Shown: positions 1-11,410, numbered from the stretch's first letter. The stretch is DNA of 64,000 nucleotides from Hemiscyllium ocellatum (GCF_020745735.1 NC_083409.1:16478789-16542788); one strand, 5' to 3'. A program made the numbers and translations. Notes: generated by a model from the letters alone, not told the origin.

Positions 1-54
1 ACAGGAAGGCACTTTTTACACGGATAAAGGTGTCAGAAACTGAGGGTAATACAG

Positions 55-720
55 ACACGGAAACACAGAAACAGGAGTAGCCCACTCAGCCCTTTGTGTC
101 TGCTCTGTCATTCAGTATGATCATGGCTGATCCTCCATCTCAAAGCCATATTCCTGCTTTCTCCCCATTCCATTCATGCTGTGAAAAGGCAAAACAATAA
201 TCTTGAATATATTCAATTCTCTCTCCTCCATAGCTGTCAGGATCGTAGGTACAGAGTTCAACAGGTTGACTACCCTCTGAGTGAAGAAATGTTTCCTCAT
301 CTCAGTCCTAAATGGTCAACTTTGTATCCCCCAAGACTGGGTCCCCGGTTCCAGAATTCCCAACCAGGGAAACCTCCTCCCTGCCCAGCCCTGTTAGAAA
401 TTTATACATTTCAATCTGATCCCCTCTTATCCTTCTGAACTCAAGTGAGTTCAGGCCCAGTCGACTTAGAGAGTGAGAGGTGAGTTGAGGAGAAATGTTT
501 TCACCCAGAGGGTGCTGGGAGTCTGGAACTCACTGCCTGAAAGGCTGGCTGAGTCACAAACTCTCGTGACATTGCAGCAATGTTTAGATATACATTTGTG
601 TTGCTGTAGCTTCCAGGCCTATGGACCAAGAGCGGGAAAATGGGATTAGTTTGTCAAGCTCTTTGTTGTCCAGCACAGACACAATGGGCCAAATGGTCTA
701 ATTCAGCGCAGTTCACATCA
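55..720. mobile_element. Two CR1-type LINE 3' end fragments, first on minus (~55-470), second on plus (~475-720)
   Basis: Typical elasmobranch CR1 3' RT/tail sequence (ggagtagcccactcagccc...; gagaaatgttttcacccagagggtgctgggagtctggaactcactgcctgaaagg). Boundaries approximate. Confidence 0.65.
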
Positions 721-775
721 ATATCTCTCTAGGATAGACAGACAGAGAGGGAGAATGGCGGAGACAGAGAGAGAG

Positions 776-874
776 AAGTGAAAGTGTGAGGGGCTGATGT
801 GGCTCTCTCTGCCTAATGCCATTTACATACTGAGGAACACCCAGTCAGACTCTCACAGGCTGCAGCTTTATAAA
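776..874 (+). promoter_or_regulatory. Ig light-chain V promoter: IRF/Blimp-1-like AAGTGAAAGTG (776-786), octamer variant ATTTACAT (821-828), TATAAA (869-874)
   Basis: Motifs read directly. Order and spacing (octamer ~40 bp above the TATA box, TATA ~60 bp above the ATG at 935) match Ig light-chain V promoters. The octamer has one mismatch to ATTTGCAT. Confidence 0.7.
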
Positions 875-934
875 GCAGAGCCCAGTGAAGGGAGAGTTTA
901 TCAGGAACCAGGCACAGGGACAGGAGCACACACC

Positions 935-983
935 ATGATTTCACACATCCAGCTGATCTGGCCCCTGGCATTCTGTGTCTCAG
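935..983 (+). CDS. IGKV: Ig kappa leader exon (MISHIQLIWPLAFCVS-G)
   Basis: ATG at 935, 16 codons +1 nt, hydrophobic signal peptide, donor GT at 984. Phase-1 intron 984-1169 ends in ctctgacccctcAG and restores the frame into [11 protein letters not shown]. Confidence 0.93.
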
Positions 984-1169
984 GTACAAATCTCTCTCCT
1001 TCCACCTTGAATCTTTAGCTGCTCTCCATTTCACTCCAATTCCACTGACTTGTGATTGAAGGGAAAATGCTGAAACCAGAGGAATGCTCAGTGTCTCCAA
1101 CAATCTCTCATTTGACAGGCTCTTTGTGTGACAGTTCTGACTGCATTGTGTTTCTCTCTGACCCCTCAG

Positions 1170-1499
1170 GTATCAGTGGGGACATCACCATGACCCAGTC
1201 TCCCCCGGTGCTGTCAGTGGGACTGGGCCAGACCGCAACCATCACCTGTAAGGCCAGTCAAAGCATTAGCAGCTACCTTGCTTGGTACCAGCAGCGAGAA
1301 GGTCAGAAACCCTCTCTCCTGATCTATGCTGCAACAACTCGATTCACAGGAGTCTCCGATCGATTCACCGGCAGTGGATCAGGGACCAGTTTCACCCTGA
1401 CAATCAGCAACATTCAGAATGAGGATGTCGCTGACTATTCCTGTCAGCAGTATTACAGCTGGCCTTTTACGTTCGGTAAAGGAACCAAGCTCAGACTGA
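1170..1499 (+). CDS. IGKV: Pre-joined V-J exon of a shark kappa (type III / NS4-like) light chain
   Basis: [23 protein letters not shown]...WYQQ...[22 protein letters not shown]. Both Cys, the Trp and FGxG are present, CDR3 is 9 aa, there are no stops and no heptamer/nonamer between V and J. Donor GTAAGT at 1500-1505 (phase 1). Confidence 0.96.
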
Positions 1500-1874
1500 G
1501 TAAGTAAACCTCAATCCTCTGTTATTAACCCTGTCAATACTGAAACACACTTTCTAAAATACAGTTGCTGATTTGTTGAAGGTGTTAGTGGGGAGCTGCA
1601 GTGAATGAAATGGTTGATTGAGGAGCACTGTGTCTAACAGGGTGTCCAGCTGTATTTCTTTACTTTCATGCCCGCTTTAAAAAAAGCAAGATATAAGTCA
1701 GTAAGTTTTACTCACCGTGTGGAGGAGCTCTGTCCATTTGCAGCCTGTGGTCCCATTCCTGCAGCATGGAGTGAAATCAGTGAGTAGCCTCCTGCCAGTC
1801 TCAGTGTGACGGACACGGGGCAGAGTTTGATGTGAGCTCTGGCTCCCTGTCCCAGTCTCTGATCTCACTGACCT

Positions 1875-1904
<30 letters not shown>
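1875..1904 (+). repeat. (CAG)10 microsatellite
   Basis: Ten perfect CAG units read directly. Confidence 0.95.
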
Positions 1905-1906
<2 letters not shown>

Positions 1907-1949
1907 CAGTGAGACACCGAGCTCCCACCTCCCCCAGCTTCAGCTCTGC

Positions 1950-2360
1950 TCAATCACACAATCACAGAATTGTTACAGCGCACAAGAAGGCCATTCTGCC
2001 CATCCTGTTTGGACTAGCTCTCTGAATGAGCAATTCACTGAGTGTCATTCTCCTGCCTTCTCCCTGTCACCCTGCACATTGTTCCTTTTCAGATAACAGT
2101 CTCATTCCCTTCGGAATGTTTCAATTGAAGCTGCCTCCACCACACTCAGGCAGTGCATTCCACACCTTAACCACCCACTGGCTGAAAATGTTTTCCCTCA
2201 TCTCACTTTTCTTACTTTTCCAATTACTTTCAATCTGTGGCCTCTCGGTCTCAATCCTTTCACAAGTGGAATCATTTTCTCCCTATTTACTCTGTTCCAG
2301 GCCCCCTCCTGATTTTGAATTTCTGGAACAATTCTCCTCGCTGCCTTCTCCAAAGACTTG
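1950..2360 (-). mobile_element. CR1 LINE 3' end fragment
   Basis: Reverse complement has the CR1 tail (gatgggcagaatggccttct...gtaacaattctgtgattgtgtgatt) and RT C-terminal remnants. Confidence 0.7.
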
Positions 2361-2384
2361 AAGGTGCCGGTGTTGGACTGGGGT

Positions 2385-2565
2385 GGACAAAGTTAAAAAT
2401 CACACAACACCAGGTTATAGTCCAACAGGGGGTTTATTTGGAAGCACTAGCTTTCGGAGCGCCCCTCCTTCATCAAATGGTTGTCAGCGGTGCTCCAAAA
2501 GCTAGTGCTTCCACATTAACCTGTTGGACTATAACCTGATGTTGTGTGATCTGTAACTTTCTCCA
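2385..2565. mobile_element. Palindromic (tail-to-tail) Penelope-like end fragment with degenerate hammerhead motif
   Basis: Arms cacacaacaccaggttatagtccaacagg...gaagcactagcttt / aaagctagtgcttcc...cctgttggactataacctgatgttgtgtg. Minus strand reads (T)TGATGA-a-GGAG-gggcg-CTCC-GAAA-G-CTA. Confidence 0.7.
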
Positions 2566-2569
2566 AAGA

Positions 2570-3705
2570 AGACAGTCCCAAATTCTCCAATCTATCTTCA
2601 TAACTGATATTCCTCATCCCTGGAATGATCTTTGTGCATATGTTTGCCAGCTCTACAAAACATTCACCTCCTTCCTGCATTATTCACATTATTTATGTCC
2701 CTCATGATTTTATAAACCTCTGTAAGGTCACTCCTCAGCCTCCGGCACTTCAGGGTAAAAGATCTCAGTTTTTCCAGCCACTAATGTTCACAGAGTCAGA
2801 CAGCGTGGAAACAGATCTTTCGGTCTAACTCCTCCATGCTAACTAGATATCCAAAACTGACCTCATCCCATTTGCCAGCATTTAGCCCACATCCCTCTAA
2901 ACCCTTCCTATTCATGTACCCATCCAAACATCTTTTAAATGTTATAATTGTATCTGTCTCCAGCATTTTCTCTGACAGCTCGATCTGGACACGCACCACC
3001 CTCTGTGTGACAAGTTACCCCTCAGGTCCCTTTTGGATCTTTTGCCTCTCATCTTAAACCTATACCCTCTAGTTTTGCATTCCCTTTCCCAAGGCAAAGA
3101 CCTGGGATGTACACCCTGTCCATGCCTGTCAAGATTTTATAAACATCTATAAGGCCACCCCTCAGTCTCCGATCCTGCAGGAAAAATAACCTCTTCCGAC
3201 AGTTCAAACCCTCCAGTTCCAGGCAACATCCATGTAAATCTTTTCTCCAGAATTTTAAGTTTAACAGCATCCTTCCTATCACAGGATGATCAGAATTGTT
3301 CACATTATTCCCAAAATAGCCTCACCAATTTCCTGTACAGCTGCAAATGATGTCCCAACTCTGATACTTAGTGCAGTGACCAATAAAGGCAAGTGTACCC
3401 AACACCTTCTTCATCTCCCTGTCTCCCTGTGACTTCACTGTCAAGGAATAATGCCCCTGCCCCTGCCCATGCACCTGCCCCTGCCCCTGCCCCTGCACCC
3501 TGCACCTGCCACTGCCCCTGCCCCTGCACCGGCCACTGCCCCTGCCCCTGCACCCTGCACTTGCCCCTGCCCCTGCACCCCGAGGTCACTTTGTTGAGCA
3601 ACACCCCACAGGGCCCCACCATTAACAGTACAAGTCCTGCCCTGGTTTGATTTTCCAAAATGCAACATCTCACATTTATCTAAATTGAACTCCATTTGTC
3701 ACACG
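2570..3705 (-). mobile_element. CR1 (HER1-like) LINE 3' RT fragments
   Basis: Minus-strand ORF pieces DTIITFKRCLDGYMNRKGLEG, RRLRGGLIDVYKILTGMDRV and MEFNLDKCEMLHFGKSNQGRT are CR1 ORF2 C-terminal motifs. Confidence 0.85.
3452..3581 (+). repeat. Degenerate (TGCCCC)n hexamer array inside the CR1 fragment
   Basis: About 21 tgcccc/tgcacc/tgccac units read directly. Confidence 0.9.
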
Positions 3706-3915
3706 TTTAGATCGGAGCGGTGCTGGAAAAGCACAGCAGGTCAGGCAACATCCGAGGAGCAGGATAATTGACGTTTCAGGCAAAAGCCCTTCATCAGTAT
3801 TCCTCTAGCTGAAAAGTCGATTTTTCTGCTCCTCGGATGCTGCCTGACATGCTGTGCTTTTCCAGCACCACTCTGATCTAAACTCTGGTTTCCAGCATCT
3901 GCAGTCTGCACTTTT
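3705..3915. mobile_element. Palindromic Penelope-like pseudo-LTR fragment, hammerhead remnant in the spacer
   Basis: Arms gtgctggaaaagcacagcaggtcaggcaacatccgaggagcagga / tctgctcctcggatgctgcctgacatgctgtgcttttccagcac. Minus-strand spacer reads CTGATGA-a-GGGC-tttt-GCCT-GAAAC-GTC. Confidence 0.75.
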
Positions 3916-3919
3916 GTCC

Positions 3920-6430
3920 ATTTGCCACACCTCTGCCCATTTCCCCAAATGATCAAGGTCCCACTGTACTCTCAGATATGCTTCTTCACTATCCACTGTA
4001 CCACCAATTTTGGTGTCATTTACAAACTCGCCATAATTCCTATATTCACGTCCAAATCATTTATTTAAATGATTAAAAGCCATGGACCCAGCACCAATCC
4101 TTGTGGCACACAGCTGACATCTGACCTCCAGTCTGAAAAGCAACCACTTACCACTACTCTCTGTCTCCTATCTTGAAGTCATTTTTTTTTACCCAAATGG
4201 CTAGCTCCCCTGGATCCCATGTGGCCTAATCTTACTAATCAGTCTATCATGTGGAACCTTGTCAAATGCTTTGCTGAAGTCCATATAGACAGTGTGTACT
4301 GTTCTGCCTACCCCAATCTTCTCTTCAAACAACCTCAATCATGTTAGTGAGACATGATTACCATGCACAAAACTGCATTGATTGTCCAAATGCATGTAAA
4401 TCCTGTCCCTCAGAATTCACTCCAATAACTTACCCAGCAATGACATCAGACTCACTGGTTTATAGTTCCCTGGCTTTTCCTTACAGCCTTTCTTAAATAA
4501 TGGTTAACATTAGCCAACCTCTCTGGTTCTCCAGAACCTCACTCATGGCGGTCAATCAGAAACATACCTCAGCAAGGGTCCAACAATCTCTTTCCTCGCT
4601 TTCCACAATGTCCTGGGATACACCTGATCAGGTCCTGGAGATTTATCTACCATCTTGCACTTTAAGAAATCCTCTTCTATAATGTGGACTTGTGTCAAGA
4701 CATTACTATTTACTTCCCAAGTTCCCAAATTTCCATGTCTTTCTCCATGAAAAATACTGACCTGGAATATTCATTTAAGACCTAAACCATTTCCTGTGGA
4801 TCCACCCAGAGGTACATTGTTCATCTTCATGGGGCCCTATTCTCTCTCTAGTTACTCTTTTGCCCTTTTCTTATTTACCATAATTCTACCACTTTTGCCC
4901 TTGAGTAAGTTCAGGAATTGTTTGCCCTCCTTCAAATGTATCTCGAATATACCTGGTCCACATCCTCTATTATTCTTTTCAGGACTTTCCTGCCAACCTT
5001 TGATCCCACTTTATTCAGATCCGATACATCCATATCCTATAGAAGCTGGCATTTTCCTCAGTGAAGATGTTTGACCCTGAAAAGGCCTTTGTTCTTTTCT
5101 ACCGTCACCCTCAACTTTGTGATACAATGATCACTCTTCCTTAAGTGTCCTCTCACTGACACTTGATCCACTTGGGCCTCCTCATTCCCAAGATCCAGAT
5201 CTAGCAGAGCCTCCTTTTTCATTGGCCTGGAAACATGCGGCTGGAGAAAATTCACATGAACACACTCTCACGACTCTGGCCCCTCTGTCCTTCACATTGC
5301 TACTACCCCAGTCTATATTCAGAAATTAAAGAAATTCCACCCCCCCAACCCCATTTGTAATGACTATTATATTTGCAGGTCACTGTAAATTCCTTGCAAA
5401 TGTATCCCTCTAAATCCTTCCCATTGGGTGGTAACTTATTGACTGCACTGATGATTCTGTGGACCTTGGTGTTCCTCTCTGGTATTACTTCCTGACTCCC
5501 ACAGCTCTGCCAAGTTAGTTTAAACCCTCTCCAACAGCACGAGTAGATCACCTCAAAGGAGCTCAGTGCCAGCTCTGTTCAGGAGCAACGCTGTCTGGTC
5601 TATCCAGGTCCCATCTCCCCCAGACCCACTCCCAATGTCACAAGAATCTAAAACCCTCCCTCCTGGATCCTCTTTCCAGCCCCACAGTCACTTGTGTTAT
5701 CCTCCTGCTCCTCTTGTCACTTGCGTGGGCCACTGGGAGTAATCTGAAGATTCCTACTTTTGAGTTCCTGATGTTAATTCCCTTCTGAGCTCCCTAAATT
5801 CTGACAGCAGGACTACATCCCTTTTCTCCCTCTGTCACTGGGACCGATGTGGACCACGACTGCTGTCTGTTCCCCCTCTCCCCTCAGGGTGCTCTGCAGT
5901 CGCTCAGTGACATCCTTGACGCTGGCACCAGGGAGACAACACACCATCCTGGATTCCCATCTGCAGCTGCAGAAACACCTATCGATGCCCTCAGTCTCAA
6001 ATCTCCTTTCACGATCACTCTTCCAGTCTTGCTAATACCACCCCGCCCTCCCCCCCGCCCCGGCAACCCCCCATTATAGCTGAGTCACCAGTGATGCCAT
6101 GGACTTGGCTCTGGCTGCACTCTCCAGATGAACCATCATTCTCATCAGGATTCTGAACTGTATCCTGGTTGGAGAGTAGGATGCCAGGGGACTCTTATAC
6201 TAGCTGCCTGATCCTTTTGGACTGTCTGCTGCTCCCCCATTCCCTTTCTCCCTGCATACTCTGAGGCTGCAGAGTGACCATATCTAGAAACGTGCTCTCC
6301 ACGGAGCTCTCAGCCTCACGGACGCTCCGCACTGACACCAGCTGCTGCTCAAGCTCCAAAACCCAGAGCTCTAACTGCTGTCACAGACCTCACTTCCTGT
6401 ACTCATGGTATTCCAGGAGCTGGGAAACAT
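3920..6430 (-). mobile_element. Decayed CR1 LINE segments (RT and upstream regions)
   Basis: Minus-strand fragments such as WDLDHLGKWAEVWQM and EALLDLDLGNEEAQVDQVSVRGHLRKSDH. Many stops; likely several pieces. Confidence 0.7.
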
Positions 6431-6589
6431 TCTGAAATTCCCACATGGATGCACACTCTCTCCACTCTTTGGTTGTCTCTTGGCAAAGTTCTGATGACAA
6501 ACAGCTCCAGGAGGGCTCACAGTCCAGTGGGTTCAGTGTTCCAAGGTTTTGGGGAAACTCTCCAGAAGTCTTTAAGAAATAGGAGCAGA

Positions 6590-7860
6590 AATCAGCCAAT
6601 CAGCCCATTGAATCTGCTCTGCCATTTGATCTTGGCTGATATGCTTCTCACCCCCATTCTCCTGCCTACTCCACAGGAACGTTCGATCCCCTTCACAATC
6701 ACGAACCTATCTATCTCTGTCTTAAGTACACTTAGTGACTTGGCCTCCCCTGCCCTCTGTAACAATGAGTTCCACAGATTCACCACCTTCTGGCTGAAGA
6801 AATTCCTCCTCACCTCAGCTCAAAAGGGTCGGCCCTTCATTCTGAGGCTGTGCCTTGGTTCCCGAGTCTGTCCTGCATCGACTCTATCCAGGCCTATCTG
6901 TATTCTGCAAATTTCAATAAGATCCCTCCTCATCCTTCTAAATGCCATTGAGTACAGACCCAGAGTCCTCAACCACGCCTCATATGACAAGCCTTTCATC
7001 CCCAGGATCATTCTTGTAAACCCCTCCAATGCCAGCACATTGTTTCTTAGAATATGGGTCCCTAATCTGCTCACAATATTCCAAATGCAGTCTGACCAGA
7101 GCCTTACACAGCCTCAGCAGTACATCTCTGCTCTTGTATTCTGGCCCTATTGAAATGAATGCGAACATTTCATTTGCCTTCCCAAGCACAAACTGAACCT
7201 GCCTGTTAAACTGAAGGGAATCCTGAATGAGGTTTGTGCTTTAGATTTCCAAAGGCTTTCCTCATTTAGCAAACAGTCTTTGCATCTCTTCTTCCTCCCA
7301 AAGTGCACACCCTCACACTGTAACACATTGTATTCTATCTGCCACTTCTTTGCCCACTCTCCGAGCCTATCCAGGAGCTTTTACAGCCTTCCCACTTCCT
7401 CAACACTGTCCCTCCACCTACCTCATGTCACCTGCAAACTTAGCAACAGTGTCTTCACTTCCTTCATCCAGATTGTTAATGTATAACGTGAATAGTTATG
7501 GCCATAACATTGACAACTGCAGAACTCTACTAGTCACCAGTGGCCATTGTTCCTCATGCTCTGCTTTATGCCAACCTGCCAGTCTTCAATCCATGCCACT
7601 ACATTGCCACTAATACTGTGGGCGCTTATCTTATGTCAAATGCCTTGTGGAAATCCAAATAGATTACTTCCTCGGACTCTCCTTTGTCTGACTGGCTCAT
7701 TGCCTCCTCAAAGAATTCTAACAGATTTGCCAGGCATGACGTCTCCTTGATGAAGCCATTGCACTTCCAATCCTCTGCAATTTCATCCTTAAATTGAAGT
7801 CTAAAACCTTACCAACAACTGAGTCCTGGCTAACTGGCCTACAATGTCCCACCTTCTATC
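6590..7860 (-). mobile_element. CR1 LINE 3' portion
   Basis: MRRNFFSQKVVNLWNSL, EYKSRDVLLRLCKALVRLHLEYC and RRMRRDLIE motifs plus a CR1 tail. Confidence 0.85.
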
Positions 7861-9500
7861 TCCCTCCCTTCTGAAACAGGGGTGGTATGTGAGCCATTTT
7901 CCTGTCCCTTGCCCCCACCAAATCCGTCCCCATCTCACCTCCATACCCTGACTCCATTGATTACTGAAAGATCATCACCAATGCCTCCACAATCTCCTCA
8001 GCGATCTCCTTCAGAACACATGGGTGTAGTTCATCCAGTCTCGTTGCGTTATCCATATTCAGACCTTTCAGCTTCCCCAGTACCTCCTCCTTAGTGATGG
8101 CCACTACACTCCCCTCCGACCCCTGACAGTCTTGAATTACTGGGACACTGCTGGTGTTTTCCATGGTGCAGACTGAGGCAAAATATCTATTCAATTCCTC
8201 TGCTATTCCTTCATTTCCTGTTATTCTTTCTCCAGCCTCATTTTCCAGTGATCCATAGTCTATTTTTGACTCCCTCTTCCTTTTTATACACCTGATAAAA
8301 CTCCTGCAATCTTCTTTTATATTACTGGCTAGATAACTCCCACATTTCACATTCTCCACCCTTAATGCTTTTTCAGTTATCCTCTGCAGGTTTTTAAAGG
8401 CTCCCTAATCCTCGGGCTTCCCACTATTCTCCACCACATTGAGTGACCTTTACTCAACTGAAATACTGTTCAATCTGATTGCAACTTCTCCCTCTCAAAC
8501 TACAGGGGGAATTCTATTGTATTATGGTCACTTATCCACAGGGATACTTTCACCTTAAACTCACTAATCAAGTTTGCCTCAATACACATCACTGAATCCA
8601 GACCTGCCAGTTCCATAATGGCTCAACCACAAGCTGCTCCAAAATCATCGACATTCCATGAAACCTTTCCTTGAGATACACTACCCAGCCCACCTATCCA
8701 TTGAAGTCTGCCCTGACATTTTCTGTCTCCTAATTGATTTCCTTCCCCACACCCTGATTACTGCTTGGAGACCTGGACATAACTTGCATCAGATTCTTTA
8801 TTTATTGCAGTTCCTCAGCTCTACCCACACAGATTCTACACCTTCTAACTCTACATCACTTCTTGCTATTGATTTAATTTCATTTCTCACTAACAAGGCA
8901 ACTCTTCCCCCTCTGCCAATCTGCCCGTCCTTTTGATAGGACACGTAACCTTGGATATTTAGTTCCCAGCCCGAATTCCCTTTCAGCCATGTCCCTGTGA
9001 TACCCACAACATCGTACCTGCCAGTTTCAATCTGTACTACCAGCCCATTGTGTATATTGTGTGCATTTAAGTACAACACCCTTAGTCCTGCATTGATTGC
9101 TCTCCTTCCCATCATTGTCCCCTTATCTGCTGTGCTTTATGTTCGATTCCTGATCCTTTCTGTACTCTCTGTCCTTTTACATCTTCTAGAAAAATGAATA
9201 ACCTTTCCTGAGCCCTCCTCAACTTTAACTAGTTTAAATTCCTTGGAAACTCAATTTACCTGGAATTGTGACATCACTTTGTCAACCTTACTCAGAATGC
9301 TTTGTGCATTTAGATACAAACTCTTTAAGTTTGTTCTATTATTGATTTTCCCTGCACTTTTATGATCCCTTTGATATTCAAAAATTCCATCCCTTTCTTT
9401 TATTTTTTGGTAACAATCAATCCCATCACTAACCAGCAATCCTACCTTCTCCTTTACCTTCCATTTTCTCATTTTCCATCCAACTGAACCAAATTACTTT
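7860..9500 (-). mobile_element. CR1 LINE endonuclease / inter-domain fragment, internally deleted
   Basis: LRVLYLNAHNI...YDVVGITGTWL (APE endonuclease start) and ASNIKEDCRSF...AEELNRYFASV. Mirrored at ~61750-63830. Confidence 0.85.
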
Positions 9501-9514
9501 CTCTTTGGGTTGAG

Positions 9515-9700
9515 TTCAGGCCAATATTTATCGTTGAGCCAACATCATTATTGGTCTTTGATCTCATTGCTTCTAGTGGGATCTTGCTGTGCAGAAACTG
9601 GCTGCCACGTTACTGACATTGCAACAGTGACTGTTTGTCAAACAAAACTGTCTGTAAATGTCTTTGGGAGAGCCTGAAGTGTTAAGGGCTGGATTGAAAT
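9515..9700 (+). mobile_element. DeuSINE (SacSINE1-like) 3' fragment
   Basis: ggccaatatttatc...gtgggatcttgctgtgcagaaactggctgccacg...aacagtgact resembles the Deu-domain SINE consensus as recalled. Confidence 0.6.
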
Positions 9701-9714
9701 ACAATTAGAGTCAG

Positions 9715-10345
9715 AGGGATGGACAGCACAGAATCCGACCCTTCGGTCCAACTCGTCCATGCTGACCAGATATCCGAAATTAATCTAGTCCCACTTGCCA
9801 GCATTTGGCCCATATCCCTCTAACATCTTTCTATTTACATACCCATGCCTTTTAAATGTTGTAATTGTACCAGCCTTCACCACCTCCTCTGGCAGCTCAT
9901 TCCATACATTTAACACCCTCTGATTGAAAACGTCCCTTAGGTCCCTTTTAAATCTTTCCCCTGTCACCTTCAGCCTATGCCCTCCAGTTCTGGACTTCCC
10001 AACTCTGGAGAAAAAATCTTCTCTATTCACTCTATCTATGCCGCTCATGATTTTATAAACCTCTATACGATCACCCATCAACATGCAATGATCCAGGGAA
10101 AACAGCCTCAGCCTATTCAGCCTCTCCTTTTCATGCAAACCCTCCAACCTTGGCAACATCCTTGTCAATCATTTTAAGATTCGCAACATTTTTCCTACAG
10201 CAAGGAGAACTGAATTGCACACAGTATCCCAAAAGTGCCCTAACCAATGTCCTGTACAGCCGCAACAGCTCCCAACTCCAATACTCAATGCACTGACAAA
10301 TAAAGGAAAGCAAACCAAATAACTTTGTCACTTCCCTATGTACCT
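9715..10345 (-). mobile_element. CR1 (HER1-like) LINE 3' end
   Basis: ORF 9785-10168: RMLPRLEGL...ERLNRLRLFSL...GDRIEVYKIM...GHRLKV...FNQRVLNVWNELP. Confidence 0.9.
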
Positions 10346-10625
10346 GCAACTTCATCTTCAAGGAACTATTCTTCATTTTTTGGAATAACTGAGAGTCTTT
10401 CAGTTGTGAAAGATGCCATTCCATGGCACTATTGGATGAAGAGCAGGCAGTTCCCCCTGGTGTCCCTGGTCAATATTTATCCCCCAGTCAAAATCACTCA
10501 GAATGTATTTCTCTGCTAATTATCACATGGTGTTTGGGATCTCGCTGTGCACAGTCTGCTGGAAAGATCCAGTGGGACACCCTGAGTTGGGGACAGGTGC
10601 TACACAAGTGCAAGTCTTTCTTGAA
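10345..10625 (+). mobile_element. DeuSINE fragment
   Basis: ccatggcactattggatgaagagcagg...ggtgtccctggtcaatatttatccc Deu-domain-like segment. Mirrored at ~60410-60680. Confidence 0.55.
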
Positions 10626-10859
10626 GGTTGGAGTCTCCTGATCAGGATCCTCATCCATTGTCTGCGCACTCTCACCTTCCAGGAGTCATGGGGTCATTAG
10701 GAGCAGTGACCCTGTCTGACCCTAGGACACTGAGACTCTTTGCAGCCTCACCCTTGACCTCAGCCCAATAGTGTGCAGCAAGGTTTGAAATATAATCTAG
10801 AATCTTCTACACAGACACCCCAACGTGATTCTTTCCTGACGTGTGTGTGGATCCGAGTC

Positions 10860-11410
10860 TTCTCCAATGTTCTTGGATAAAGTTCTCCTGATCTGTGGGT
10901 AATCGGAGGTTTGTTAAAGAGATACCACGCTCCATCCCACTTTCCAGCTCTTGCTCCATAGCTCTGGAAGTTTTGCTGTTTCAAGTGAACATCTAAGTGT
11001 TTTTTCAATGTGATGAGGGTTTCTGCCTCTCCCACCCTTTCAGACAGTGAGTCCCACATCCCACCAAGCTCTGGGTGAAAACAAAGACCCTCAACCCCCC
11101 TCTAATCCTGCCCCAACTGATTTCAATCTCTCCCCATGGTTATTGCCCTCTGTGCTGGTGGAAATCAGTCCTTCCTACCCACTCTGTCCAGGCCCCTCAT
11201 CATTTTACACACCACCATCAAATCTCCCCTCAGCCTCCTGTGTTCCAAAGAAAACAGTCCCAGCCAATCCAATCATTCCGCAAAGCTCAAAGTCCCCACT
11301 CCAGACAAACTCCTCCTCTGTCGCCATCTCTAATGGAATCACATCCTTCCTGTATGTGGTGACCAGAACCGTACACAGTTCTCTCACTGTGCTCTAACTG
11401 GGGTTTTATA
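10860..11410 (-). mobile_element. CR1 LINE 3' fragment
   Basis: ELCTVLVTTYRKDV and WDSLSERVGEAETLITLKKHLDVHLK motifs. Mirrored at ~59630-60130. Confidence 0.8.

Noticed and set aside
1626-1632. CACTGTG heptamer downstream of J (also CACAGTG at 1905-1911)
   Set aside because: No nonamer-like sequence at 12 or 23 bp spacing, so not an RSS.
6449-7153. 234-aa plus-strand ORF
   Set aside because: Antisense shadow of a CR1 3' region, with no independent coding signal.
11380-11410. CACTGTG followed by GGGGTTTTAT, superficially RSS-like
   Set aside because: Wrong order/orientation, and it lies in CR1 RT coding sequence.
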